Source: Candidatus Micrarchaeota archaeon (GTDB lineage: Archaea; Micrarchaeota; Micrarchaeia; Micrarchaeales; CABMGC01). From it: a DNA stretch of 57,628 nucleotides. Location of the stretch: contig JAGDXY010000005.1 in NCBI GenBank assembly GCA_023256495.1, positions 14,485 through 72,112 of the forward strand, given 5' to 3'. Position 1 is the first letter of the stretch; each line of letters opens with the position of its first letter. The position numbers and the translations under genes are program-made. Positions 44,482-53,740 of the stretch are shown piece by piece. The notes under the pieces are model-generated. The model searched no databases. It was not told the origin of the DNA and saw only the letters and a program-made list of their open reading frames with translations.

Positions 44482-45162
44482 ATGGAAAAACCATTTGTAT
44501 CAATAGTAATACCAACATTAAATGAAGAAAAAAACCTAAAGACGTTGCTTCCTGATTTAATTAATGAATTGAAAGATTATAAATATGAGATTATAGTCGT
44601 AGATGGCCATTCAAAAGATAAAACCGTAGAGATAGCTAAAAAATTTGGATGCAAAGTATTTTATGAAAACAAAGGCAAAGGATATGCATTAAGATTAGGC
44701 TTCAAAAAGGCAAGAGGGGATATAATAATATCAATGGATGCTGACTTATCACATAGACCAAAAGAAGCAAGATTACTAATAGAAGGAATAAAAATAGGAT
44801 ATGATATAGCAATGGGTTCTAGATTTATTATAGGTGGTGGCTCTTCCGATATGCCTTTCTATAGGAAATGGGGTAATAAATTCTTCGTATTTCTTGTAAA
44901 TCTTTTATTTAAAGGAGAGTATACAGACTTATGTTATGGCTATAGGGCATTTAATAGAAAAGCACTAAAAAAGCTAAATCTAAAAGAGGATGGATTTGGC
45001 ATAGAAACTGAGATAAGCATAAAAGCATTGAAAAATAAGCTTAAGATTATAGAGATACCAAGTTTTGAAAAGAAGAGAGAATATGGAAATGGCAAGTTAA
45101 GAACTTTTAGAGATGGCTATGTTATATTAAAGACAATAATATTAAATTTATTTAGCAGATGA
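44482..45162 (+). CDS. glycosyltransferase family 2 (dolichyl-phosphate sugar synthase-like)
   Basis: VSIVIPTLNEEKNL, VVDGHSKDKT and a DxD motif in ISMDADLSH. ATG 44482 was chosen because the track start at 44383 overlaps the divergent gene. Confidence 0.85.
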   Translation: MEKPFVSIVIPTLNEEKNLKTLLPDLINELKDYKYEIIVVDGHSKDKTVEIAKKFGCKVFYENKGKGYALRLGFKKARGDIIISMDADLSHRPKEARLLIEGIKIGYDIAMGSRFIIGGGSSDMPFYRKWGNKFFVFLVNLLFKGEYTDLCYGYRAFNRKALKKLNLKEDGFGIETEISIKALKNKLKIIEIPSFEKKREYGNGKLRTFRDGYVILKTIILNLFSR

Positions 45163-46308
45163 AACAATCTTTATTACATCATTATCTTTTAGTACATAAT
45201 TCTTCTGTACTCTCAACTTCTTTTTTGCATCAATAGCATATAGCATGTTTTTTCCTAAATCTGTATGTATCATATATGCTAATTCCTGCGCAGTAGTTCC
45301 TTTTTTAACTAAAACAGAATCTGGTAGTATATGGCCAAAGTGGTCTGTATATTTATTCTCATCTTCTACAGGATAAACAACAATATAATTTAATATATCA
45401 AAGACTATTGTATTAAGTAGCTCTTTTACCCCTGTTGTCTTATACTTTTCTAAGAACTTGTTTATATAATCTATTGCACTCCTTTGCTCTTGAGTAAGCT
45501 CTTTCAAAACTTCTATCTTTTCATTGCTTATCCTAATAAAACCTTGGTTGATTGCTCTTTGTATTGCTAATTCTAAACCTGCAGAACAGCCTATTACATT
45601 AAAATCTTTTAGCCTTTCTTTTAATTCATTTATTCTGTTAGGCTCAACCTTATCTAACTTGTTTGCTGCTATTATTATTGGTTTTGCTTTCAATAATAAA
45701 GCTTTAGAAAATTTCTTTATAGTATCTTCATCCCAATTTATTTTAGTAATTGTTAAACCAAGCTTATTTGCTACATCTTCTATATCTGTTTGTGATACTT
45801 TCAAAGAGCTCAATATTTCTTTTAATTGTTCTTTATTTTCTGTTCTAGATAAAATAGATATATGCTTTTTTATTATATCTGCTATCCATTCTGTTATCTC
45901 TGATATAACCATTTCTACATCATCTGCAGGATCACAATTTTCACAGTAATAGCCTTCTTTATCTGTTTTTCCACTTGCATCAATTACTATTATTAGTGCA
46001 TCTGCTCCTGCTATATCATTTAAGAACTTATTTCCCATTCCTCTACCTTCATGAGCTCCTTCTACTAAACCAGCAACATCTACTACATTTATTGGTATAT
46101 ATCTAATTCCATCTATACATTTAGAATTTATTGGATTGCATTTAACACCAAGTTCTCTTTCAACACATTGTTTGGTAACAAAAGCTATGCCTTTATTGGG
46201 ATCTATTGTTGTAAATGGCCTATCTTCTATCTTTACATTTATTGAAGTTATAGCTGAAAACAAAGTAGATTTGCCTTTATTTGGTGCTCCAACAATACCG
46301 ATAAGCAT
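45148..46308 (-). CDS. Obg-like GTPase (YchF/DRG-type) with C-terminal TGS-like domain
   Basis: G1 GAPNKGKST, G2 PFTTIDP, G3 DVAGLV, G4 NKLD. The C-terminus VLKDNDVIKIV is TGS-like. Confidence 0.85.
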   Translation of the reverse strand: MLIGIVGAPNKGKSTLFSAITSINVKIEDRPFTTIDPNKGIAFVTKQCVERELGVKCNPINSKCIDGIRYIPINVVDVAGLVEGAHEGRGMGNKFLNDIAGADALIIVIDASGKTDKEGYYCENCDPADDVEMVISEITEWIADIIKKHISILSRTENKEQLKEILSSLKVSQTDIEDVANKLGLTITKINWDEDTIKKFSKALLLKAKPIIIAANKLDKVEPNRINELKERLKDFNVIGCSAGLELAIQRAINQGFIRISNEKIEVLKELTQEQRSAIDYINKFLEKYKTTGVKELLNTIVFDILNYIVVYPVEDENKYTDHFGHILPDSVLVKKGTTAQELAYMIHTDLGKNMLYAIDAKKKLRVQKNYVLKDNDVIKIVSSAK

Positions 46309-46344
46309 AAAATTAATTCAATGTAAAAGAATTAATAATAATAT

Positions 46345-46431
46345 GCGAGGGTGGCGGAGCCTGGTCAAACGCGGCAGGTTCAGGTCCTGCTCCCCTTAGA
46401 GGGTGCGTGAGTTCAAATCTCACCCCTCGCA
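46345..46431 (+). tRNA. tRNA-Leu (anticodon CAG)
   Basis: Acceptor GCGAGGG/CCCTCGC; anticodon stem GCAGG/CCTGC with loop TTCAGGT; long variable arm; T-arm GTGAG-TTCAAAT-CTCAC; discriminator A. Confidence 0.9.
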
Positions 46432-46478
46432 TGAAAAACTTTTAAATTTATCTTTACTAACTACAATTAGTGATAAAT

Positions 46479-46751
46479 ATGGCAAAAAAAGAGGATTTTT
46501 CTAATATGGAGCATTTTGACAGGGTATTAGAGTACAATGCCAAGCAGAGTGGTTGGTATATCTTCAGGACAATCTATTGGGGGATATATCTATTGTTCTT
46601 GTCGTTCTTGCTAATAAATGCCCCAGCATCATTCAGCACATCAGAATTTATAGGATATGCAATATTGCTATTAGCAGTAATGATAATAATATATGGCATT
46701 GTAGAGGCACTACACCACAATTTAATGAGAAAACATATGTCAAGAAGATAA
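46479..46751 (+). CDS. small 2-TM membrane protein
   Basis: Two hydrophobic helices (WGIYLLFLSFLLINA, AILLLAVMIIIYGIV). The start could be ATG 46479 or GTG 46470. Confidence 0.45.
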   Translation: MAKKEDFSNMEHFDRVLEYNAKQSGWYIFRTIYWGIYLLFLSFLLINAPASFSTSEFIGYAILLLAVMIIIYGIVEALHHNLMRKHMSRR

Positions 46752-46811
46752 TCTAAAACTAAATCTTTTTATTTTTCAACTTTCTAATTCTTTTATTCTT
46801 TGGCATTATAT

Positions 46812-47945
46812 ATGAACATATATACTACTAAATATGTTAAATTTTATCCTATAATACCTTTAGCTTTATTTTTAGTAGGGTTAATAGCGCTAAATTTCAT
46901 GGAATATAGTACAAGCCTGAAAGGGGGTATTGAAATAAATATAATAACGAACTACACTTATTCTACATCACAAATATATAACTTATTAAGCAAGCTAAAT
47001 ATATCAAATGCAGAAGTAACACTATCGAAAGGAGGAATAACCATAATATTGCCAATGAATGCAAGCTTAGCAAAAGCAAATAATTACTTAATAAATTTCT
47101 ATTCAAATTATTCAACATATCAAAGTTTAGAATTAAATAAAACAACTATATCTTTATCTTTAAATAAAAAATTTAATGAAACATTAGCAAATGAATTAGA
47201 AAATATAAATAATAGCATAGAAATCACAAAGAAAAATTTGACAAATTTAGCATATATGGAATATAAGGCTATAGCAAATATGATAAAAAATAAGTATAAT
47301 ATAACGAACAATAGCATTGATCAATTGCAAGTCATTATATCTGATATGTATTCAAATGCAAGCAAATATTATGTAAACTTCATAATAAATGGATTAAAAC
47401 AAGGTATAAATATAACTTCTTATTCTTATCAACAAGTTACACCTACGCTGAGTAAATACTTTACACAACAAGTATTATATGTATTAATAACTGCATTTAT
47501 ATTAATAGCAATATTTGCATTCATTATATTTAGAAGTTTCGCACCATCATTTACAGTTGTCTTTGGGGCATTAAATGATTTACTAGTAGCTATAATATTT
47601 ATGGATATTTTGCATATACCTTTTGGTCTAACTTCATTGGCTGCTCTTCTTATGTTACTTGGTTTTGCAATGGATACTGATATGCTAGCAGCAATTAGAA
47701 TATTAAAAAGGCATGAAGGCAATGTAGAGGATAGAGCCTATAATGCAATGAGAACAGGTATAACGATGACAACATCTGCTATTGCTACATTTTCTGTTTT
47801 ATTCGTAATATCTTTAATATTCTATGTTCCTACATATTATGAGATATCTGGTGTTGTATTATTTGGATTGATTGGCGACATATTCACAAGCTGGTTTGGA
47901 AATGCAGTATTCTTAATGATTTACAAGAAAAGAAGGGGTGGTTAA
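46812..47945 (+). CDS. secF: protein-export membrane protein SecF (enlarged extracytoplasmic loop)
   Basis: The C-terminal TM bundle FRSFAPSFTVVFGALNDLLVAIIFMDIL...LGFAMDTDMLAAIRILKR is typical of SecD/F. It is followed by secD with an 8-nt overlap. Confidence 0.8.
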   Translation: MNIYTTKYVKFYPIIPLALFLVGLIALNFMEYSTSLKGGIEINIITNYTYSTSQIYNLLSKLNISNAEVTLSKGGITIILPMNASLAKANNYLINFYSNYSTYQSLELNKTTISLSLNKKFNETLANELENINNSIEITKKNLTNLAYMEYKAIANMIKNKYNITNNSIDQLQVIISDMYSNASKYYVNFIINGLKQGINITSYSYQQVTPTLSKYFTQQVLYVLITAFILIAIFAFIIFRSFAPSFTVVFGALNDLLVAIIFMDILHIPFGLTSLAALLMLLGFAMDTDMLAAIRILKRHEGNVEDRAYNAMRTGITMTTSAIATFSVLFVISLIFYVPTYYEISGVVLFGLIGDIFTSWFGNAVFLMIYKKRRGG

Positions 47946-49482
47946 AATTATAAAAGAATATATCAAAGACTATAGAATTGCGACTTTGCTCATACTTGTT
48001 ATAATATTTGCCATTCTTGATATAAAGTATGGAATACACTTCGGTATAGAATTTGTTGGTGGTTATGAAATACCTGCTCATTTGGTATATCCTGCAAATC
48101 CTGATCAAATGGCACAAGAGATTAATGTTCTACAAAATAGATTATCTAAGTTTGGACTTAGCCAGGTAGAGGTACAAGGAATAGGCAATTCTGATATAGA
48201 GATATTAATACCTAATTCATCTGTTACAAACATAAATCAGACTATAAAAATTATAGAGAATAGAGGTTTCTTCTTAGGTATAGTAAATGGTAAAGAAGTA
48301 TTGAATAGTAGTTCTATAATTCCAGGAAGTATTGGATATGTTGTACCCACAGGTCCTGTAAGTAGTTGGTCTGTTTCATTTTTGCTAACTACACAAGCTG
48401 CTGCAAACTTTGCAAAACTGGTATATGGAGAGGGAAATCAACCATTATATATGTTCTTAGATAGACCAAATAATACAATAGTAGTATTAAATAAATCTTT
48501 ATTACCACAATCATTCAATTATACAGAGGAGATAAATGCAATAAATAATGCTACTAGATTAGGCAATAGCTCTATACCTGTAATAATATTCTCAAATACA
48601 AGCAATTTATACAATCAATTAGATAAGCTATTGAATAAATATAGCAAGATTATTGCCCCTTCAAATCTAAAATTAGAAATAAATAAAAGCAATGTTAGCA
48701 TAGAGTATATGAGCATAGAAAATATCACGCCAGAGTTTGTAGAAACAAATAATAGCAAAATTGTATTAAATAGCTGGCCTGCTATAGGCCTTTTGTCTGC
48801 ACCTATACTAAGCCCATCTATAACAAATGGCAATGTAACACAGAGTTATGAAATAAGTGGGCCAATACCACCAGGTATAACACCACAACAAAGCATATCA
48901 TATGCGTTGAACAATTCAAAGTTAATATCAACTATATTAAGTGGTGGCGCATTGCCAGTACCTATTATAGTAGAGCCTTATTCACATATACCACCAACTT
49001 TAGGAAAACATTTCTTATATATAAGCGGTATAGCAGGTCTATTTGCAATAATTCTAGTAATAGCTATAATTACATATAGATACAAAAGACCTTTCTTAAT
49101 AATACCAATAATAATAACAACATTATCTGAAATATTCTTAATCTTCTCTATAATTGGACTAGTTGGTACAGTTGATCTTGCTGCTGTTGCAGGTATAATA
49201 GCTGTTGTAGGTACTGGTGTAGATGCACAAATAATAATAACAGATGAAATATTGACAAAAAGGGAAGGTTCTATAAAAAATAGATTGAACAATGCATTTT
49301 ACATTGTATGGCTAAATGCATCAATGCTCATTGTAGCCATGTTGCCTTTGTTATTCAATACATCGCTTATTCAAGTAATAGGGTTTGCAGAATCAACAGT
49401 ATTAGGTGCATTGGTTGGTGTACTCATAACAAGGCCAAGTTATGCCGCAATAATAAGCAAACATTATAAAGAAAAGCAATAG
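47938..49482 (+). CDS. secD: protein-export membrane protein SecD
   Basis: Large periplasm-like loop, then the SecD/F TM bundle (AGIIAVVGTGVDAQIIITDEIL). GTG start. Confidence 0.85.
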   Translation: MVKIIKEYIKDYRIATLLILVIIFAILDIKYGIHFGIEFVGGYEIPAHLVYPANPDQMAQEINVLQNRLSKFGLSQVEVQGIGNSDIEILIPNSSVTNINQTIKIIENRGFFLGIVNGKEVLNSSSIIPGSIGYVVPTGPVSSWSVSFLLTTQAAANFAKLVYGEGNQPLYMFLDRPNNTIVVLNKSLLPQSFNYTEEINAINNATRLGNSSIPVIIFSNTSNLYNQLDKLLNKYSKIIAPSNLKLEINKSNVSIEYMSIENITPEFVETNNSKIVLNSWPAIGLLSAPILSPSITNGNVTQSYEISGPIPPGITPQQSISYALNNSKLISTILSGGALPVPIIVEPYSHIPPTLGKHFLYISGIAGLFAIILVIAIITYRYKRPFLIIPIIITTLSEIFLIFSIIGLVGTVDLAAVAGIIAVVGTGVDAQIIITDEILTKREGSIKNRLNNAFYIVWLNASMLIVAMLPLLFNTSLIQVIGFAESTVLGALVGVLITRPSYAAIISKHYKEKQ

Positions 49483-49977
49483 CTATATATGCCTTCTTTC
49501 ATATGACAATATACCAAAGACCATACTACTTAATATAAGGATTAAGAAAGGCAATAAGAATTGAACAACAATAAACTCGGTTATGCTCTTTATATTTAAA
49601 AGGATAAACAAAGAACTTAGGAATGATGGAGTTAGATAACTAATAAACTCAAAGTATATCAAAATAAATATACCATATATCAAACCAGTATATATGCTAT
49701 TAAATATTGCAACTTTCATAACCCTATCAGTAGATTTAAAGCTATAACCAGATGCATCTCCTATTATCAAACCTATTATTATTGGTATTATTATGTTTCC
49801 AGGATATAAGATAAAATAAAAAATTACAATACTGCTTTTGTATAAATTGAAAGCATATAATAAATAAGATAATAGAGATATAAACAAAAGAATTAACCAT
49901 AATGTTATAGGAGCCTTTATGCTAGGTGCCTCTTCTTTGATTTCTTCTTTCTTCTCATCATTAAAATCTTCTGCCAT
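49483..49977 (-). CDS. hypothetical polytopic membrane protein (164 aa)
   Basis: Acidic N-terminus followed by four hydrophobic segments by eye. No family recognised. Confidence 0.5.
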   Translation of the reverse strand: MAEDFNDEKKEEIKEEAPSIKAPITLWLILLFISLLSYLLYAFNLYKSSIVIFYFILYPGNIIIPIIIGLIIGDASGYSFKSTDRVMKVAIFNSIYTGLIYGIFILIYFEFISYLTPSFLSSLFILLNIKSITEFIVVQFLLPFLILILSSMVFGILSYERRHI

Positions 49978-50068
49978 ATTTATTCCATTTTAATTTAAAA
50001 TTAATAAATGTTATTAAAAGTGAGAAAATAGAAAAGTTATTAAATGAGAAAATATATAATTCATAAAT

Positions 50069-50701
50069 ATGGAAATTAAATGTGCCACATGCAATAATAG
50101 CAATAAGAACATAGAATTTTATGGTCCTTTTTGTGCAGATTGTGCAAAAAAGAAAAAAAGTGCAGAGATAAATGAAGAAATTAATATAGATAAATGTAGC
50201 TCTTGTAACATGCTCTTATTTGGAAAAGAAAGATATAACGATAGCAAAGAAAACATTGAATTTATAATAAGCCATAAAATAAAGAAACCAACTAGAATTA
50301 TTGAATTATACAATGATAAGGTATTACTTGAGATCATAGATGAATTCTATAATAAGACGATATTGCTGAATAAAGAAATAAGGATAAGATATAATAAGAG
50401 ATTGTGCCAAGTATGCGCAAGGAAAAAAGGGGGTTACTATGAAGCAATAATACAGGCTAGAGGAAGTGATGAAAAAATAGATAGGTTCATAAATGAGATT
50501 AAGAGATATCTAGAAGAAAGAGAGGCATTTATAACAAAGATAGAAAATGTAGCAAATGGTAAAGATTTATATATAAGTGATAATTTATTAACAAAGTCAT
50601 TTTTGCACAATAAAGGATTTAAAACAATAAATTCATATACTTTAAAAGGTATGCAAAATGGAAAGAGATTATATAAGGTAACATATGCATTGTATTTATA
50701 G
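50069..50701 (+). CDS. NMD3-family protein (archaeal homologue)
   Basis: Several CxxC pairs (CATC, CADC, CSSC, CQVC) and GGYYEAIIQARG, resembling the NMD3 N-terminal domain. Confidence 0.6.
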   Translation: MEIKCATCNNSNKNIEFYGPFCADCAKKKKSAEINEEINIDKCSSCNMLLFGKERYNDSKENIEFIISHKIKKPTRIIELYNDKVLLEIIDEFYNKTILLNKEIRIRYNKRLCQVCARKKGGYYEAIIQARGSDEKIDRFINEIKRYLEEREAFITKIENVANGKDLYISDNLLTKSFLHNKGFKTINSYTLKGMQNGKRLYKVTYALYL

Positions 50702-50710
50702 TTGATCTAC

Positions 50711-51871
50711 ATGCTATATAATGCATTGATTAATACAAGATATTTAATATATGTGTTTGCAATATTTATGTTTATAATTGTATTTAGCCCTTATTTATTT
50801 TCAAAAGAATGTTATATACAATATCCTCTAAGTAAAAGCACTAGTTGTCCAGATGGCAATTATACAACAATAATGACTGTTTTTAATAATACATACCCAT
50901 GGTATATAGGAAATATAACTTATATTACTATATCTAACACAATCTCAAACCCATATAATATATACAATAATCCTTGCACTATACAAAGTGGTAAGAGCTC
51001 TGTTTGCTTTATGCAAATACTACCATTTCCAATTACAAGTGGCAATGGCTGTAAAAATTTCAACATTACTGTTTATATGGAAAATTCAAATGTCTATATA
51101 AATAAAACTTATATCAATGTTACTGTTTGTCATTATCTAAATGAAAATGAAACTGCATTAATTAAGAATTATTCCATTCTTACTAATGAATTCAATAAAA
51201 TAAAAAACCAATATAGTTATTATTGCTCAACTTATCTTATATGTAATAATACATTAAATTCTTCAATAATTAATACAAGTATCAACTTAGAAAAACTAAA
51301 TAACTCAATAAATAAAGGCAATTATAGCTATATGCAAAATTTCAAAAATCAAATATATTATTTAAGCTACTTGTTTAACAAATATAATGAATCAATTAAT
51401 TTTATTTTACCAAATATAATAAGTGGTAATAGCTATATAGCAAAATCTATTGTATTAATAAATAGTAATAGCTCTTTGCTAAATAATTGCAGCTACAAAA
51501 ATGGCACGACATATGCTAGCTATCTAAAAAATAAAATAAATTCATTAAGATTATATAAGATAAATAACGAAAGTTCATCTATCGCATTTTTATCAAATGC
51601 AAAATCATTATATAACCAAACAAATTATTTAATAGCGGATTGTAAACAACCTGCACAAACATCTTTTAATATAACATTAAATGCAAATGTTAGCATATTA
51701 GTTGTTCTAGGATTAGCTTTAATAGTAGTGCTTATTTTTGTATATATACTTGGTGAATCTTTAAGAGAAAATAATAAAGAAGAAACAAGCAAAATAATTA
51801 ATAGTAATGTAAAAGAAGAAAATGAAAATAAAAGTTCTTTAGAAGACTGGCTAAGCAAATTTAAGATATAA
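50711..51871 (+). CDS. secreted sequon-rich protein with C-terminal TM anchor (about 386 aa)
   Basis: N-terminal hydrophobic segment, a very high density of N-x-S/T sites, a C-terminal TM ILVVLGLALIVVLIFVYIL and an acidic tail. Confidence 0.55.
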   Translation: MLYNALINTRYLIYVFAIFMFIIVFSPYLFSKECYIQYPLSKSTSCPDGNYTTIMTVFNNTYPWYIGNITYITISNTISNPYNIYNNPCTIQSGKSSVCFMQILPFPITSGNGCKNFNITVYMENSNVYINKTYINVTVCHYLNENETALIKNYSILTNEFNKIKNQYSYYCSTYLICNNTLNSSIINTSINLEKLNNSINKGNYSYMQNFKNQIYYLSYLFNKYNESINFILPNIISGNSYIAKSIVLINSNSSLLNNCSYKNGTTYASYLKNKINSLRLYKINNESSSIAFLSNAKSLYNQTNYLIADCKQPAQTSFNITLNANVSILVVLGLALIVVLIFVYILGESLRENNKEETSKIINSNVKEENENKSSLEDWLSKFKI

Positions 51872-51911
51872 AGGTTTTTAAAAGTTAAATTATAAAGTTA
51901 GTTTAGTGATT

Positions 51912-52319
51912 ATGATGGGCAAGCTCTCTATAATAATGTTTAGCGGCACTATGGATAAGTTTATACCTCTTGGTGTATTGTCTTCTGCTGCTTCTGCGCT
52001 TGGAGATGAAGTAAATATCTTTGTTACAGGATTTGCATTACTGGGCTTTATGAAGGAAAAGAAACCACTGCCTTTTCCTGATGAATTTAAGGATATGGCG
52101 CCAGCATTAGAAGAAGGTATGAAAAGAACAAATACAAAGAGCTGGTATGATATGTTAAAAGAGGCTAAAGAAAGTGGAAATGTAAAAATATATGTATGCT
52201 CATTAATGGCAAGCATATTTAATTTAAGTAAAAATGATTTAGATCCTATTGTAGATGACATTGTAGGCGCTACAACGTTCTTAACGCAAGCAGAGAATGG
52301 TATGGTATTATTTATATAA
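51912..52319 (+). CDS. DsrE/DsrF-like sulfur-relay family protein
   Basis: KLSIIMFSGTMDKFIPLGVLSSAASALGDEVNIFVTGFAL has the DsrE-like Rossmann pattern. It sits immediately upstream of a TusA-like gene. Confidence 0.7.
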   Translation: MMGKLSIIMFSGTMDKFIPLGVLSSAASALGDEVNIFVTGFALLGFMKEKKPLPFPDEFKDMAPALEEGMKRTNTKSWYDMLKEAKESGNVKIYVCSLMASIFNLSKNDLDPIVDDIVGATTFLTQAENGMVLFI

Positions 52320-52329
52320 AGTGACAAAC

Positions 52330-52563
52330 ATGGGAAAAAGGATTGTAGTTGATGCACGTGGCTCAAGTTGTCCTGGACCTATAGTAGAATTATCAAAAGC
52401 TTATAGAAATGCAGCAGTAGGTGATGTAATAGAATTATGGGCAACTGATCCTGGGGTAAAGGCAGATACTCAAGCATGGGCAGAAAAAACTAAGAACAAG
52501 ATAGAAAGCATAAAAGAAGATCAAGATAAAATAATAATAGTAATAGATATAGAGAATAGGTAA
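52330..52563 (+). CDS. tusA: TusA/SirA-like sulfurtransferase
   Basis: VDARGSSCPGPIVELSKAY carries the Cys-Pro-x-Pro active-site motif. ATG 52330 gives a 77-aa protein. Confidence 0.8.
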   Translation: MGKRIVVDARGSSCPGPIVELSKAYRNAAVGDVIELWATDPGVKADTQAWAEKTKNKIESIKEDQDKIIIVIDIENR

Positions 52564-52567
52564 AAGA

Positions 52568-53740
52568 ATGGAAAAGATAGTAATAGTTGGTGGTGGAGCA
52601 GGAGGCTTAATCTTAGCAAATTCTTTAGACCCTAAAAAATTTGATATAACAGTAATTGATAAGAGCCCTATTACAATATTCCAACCAGCTTATCTTTATA
52701 TTGCTTTTAAAGGAGCGCATGCAAATATAACAAAACCAATAAGAAGTATACTTAAAAAGGGGAGAAAGTTTATAGAGGAAGAAGTAATTAAAATTGACTT
52801 AGAAGAAAGAAAGGTATATACTAAAAATAATTCATATTCTTATGATAAATTAGTAATAGCTACTGGAACAATTACAGATACAAGCAAGATGAAAGGATTA
52901 AAAGAAATTAATGATCAGTTTGGTGATTACCATACAAATATAGAAAATGCACAAAAGGTATGGAAGAGTCTCAATAATTTTAAAGGCGGCTCTTTAATAA
53001 TTGGCATGTCTTCACCTATATGTAAATGTCCACCATCACCATTAGAAGGTGCCTTCTTAGCAGAAGAATTTATTAATAAAAAAGGCTTAAAGAATAAATC
53101 AAAGATAACTTTCTTTACTCCATATCCTAGAGCATATCCATCTGAGCCTATTAATGAAGTAATAGAGCCATTACTTAAAAGCAGGAATATAAATATAATG
53201 ACATTCTTTGACTTAGATTATATTGATACTGAGAAAAAGACAATTTATTCTATAGAAGGCGATGAAATAAGCTATGATTTACCAATAATAATACCCCCTT
53301 GTGTTGGAGTTAATATAGAATATAATCCAAGCAATGTTTTAGATGAAGATAGATTTATAAAAGCAGATAAATACACAATGCAAATAAATGGATTTGATGA
53401 TGCCTATGCAATAGGAGATGCAACAAATATAGCAACAGCTAAATCAGGGGTTACAGCCCATCTAGAGGCAAAAGTATTAGCAAATAGATTAAATGGCATT
53501 GATGATAAGTTTAATGGCAGAACAAACTGTCCTTTTGATGTAGGTTATGGAAAAGGTACCTTTGTAATTGGCTCATATACACAACCTGTAGTAAAGTATC
53601 CACCAACAAGAATAAAGCATATGATGAAAAAAGTAATGCAATTAATATATTGGCAAAGCTTAAAAGGCACATTTGATTTTGCATTTGATATATTCTTTAA
53701 AATGACAGATCCAGAAAAGCTAAATAAGAAATATAAATAA
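52568..53740 (+). CDS. sqr: sulfide:quinone oxidoreductase-like FAD-dependent disulfide oxidoreductase
   Basis: IVIVGGGAGG dinucleotide fold, PICKCPPSPLEGAF (an SQR-type Cys region), YAIGDATN, and a second Cys in NCPFDVG. Confidence 0.78.
   Translation: MEKIVIVGGGAGGLILANSLDPKKFDITVIDKSPITIFQPAYLYIAFKGAHANITKPIRSILKKGRKFIEEEVIKIDLEERKVYTKNNSYSYDKLVIATGTITDTSKMKGLKEINDQFGDYHTNIENAQKVWKSLNNFKGGSLIIGMSSPICKCPPSPLEGAFLAEEFINKKGLKNKSKITFFTPYPRAYPSEPINEVIEPLLKSRNINIMTFFDLDYIDTEKKTIYSIEGDEISYDLPIIIPPCVGVNIEYNPSNVLDEDRFIKADKYTMQINGFDDAYAIGDATNIATAKSGVTAHLEAKVLANRLNGIDDKFNGRTNCPFDVGYGKGTFVIGSYTQPVVKYPPTRIKHMMKKVMQLIYWQSLKGTFDFAFDIFFKMTDPEKLNKKYK

Noticed and set aside
51890-52366. 158-aa minus-strand ORF
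   Set aside because: It is antisense to the DsrE-like gene, which fits the DsrE-TusA-SQR context. The minus-strand product has no recognisable features.
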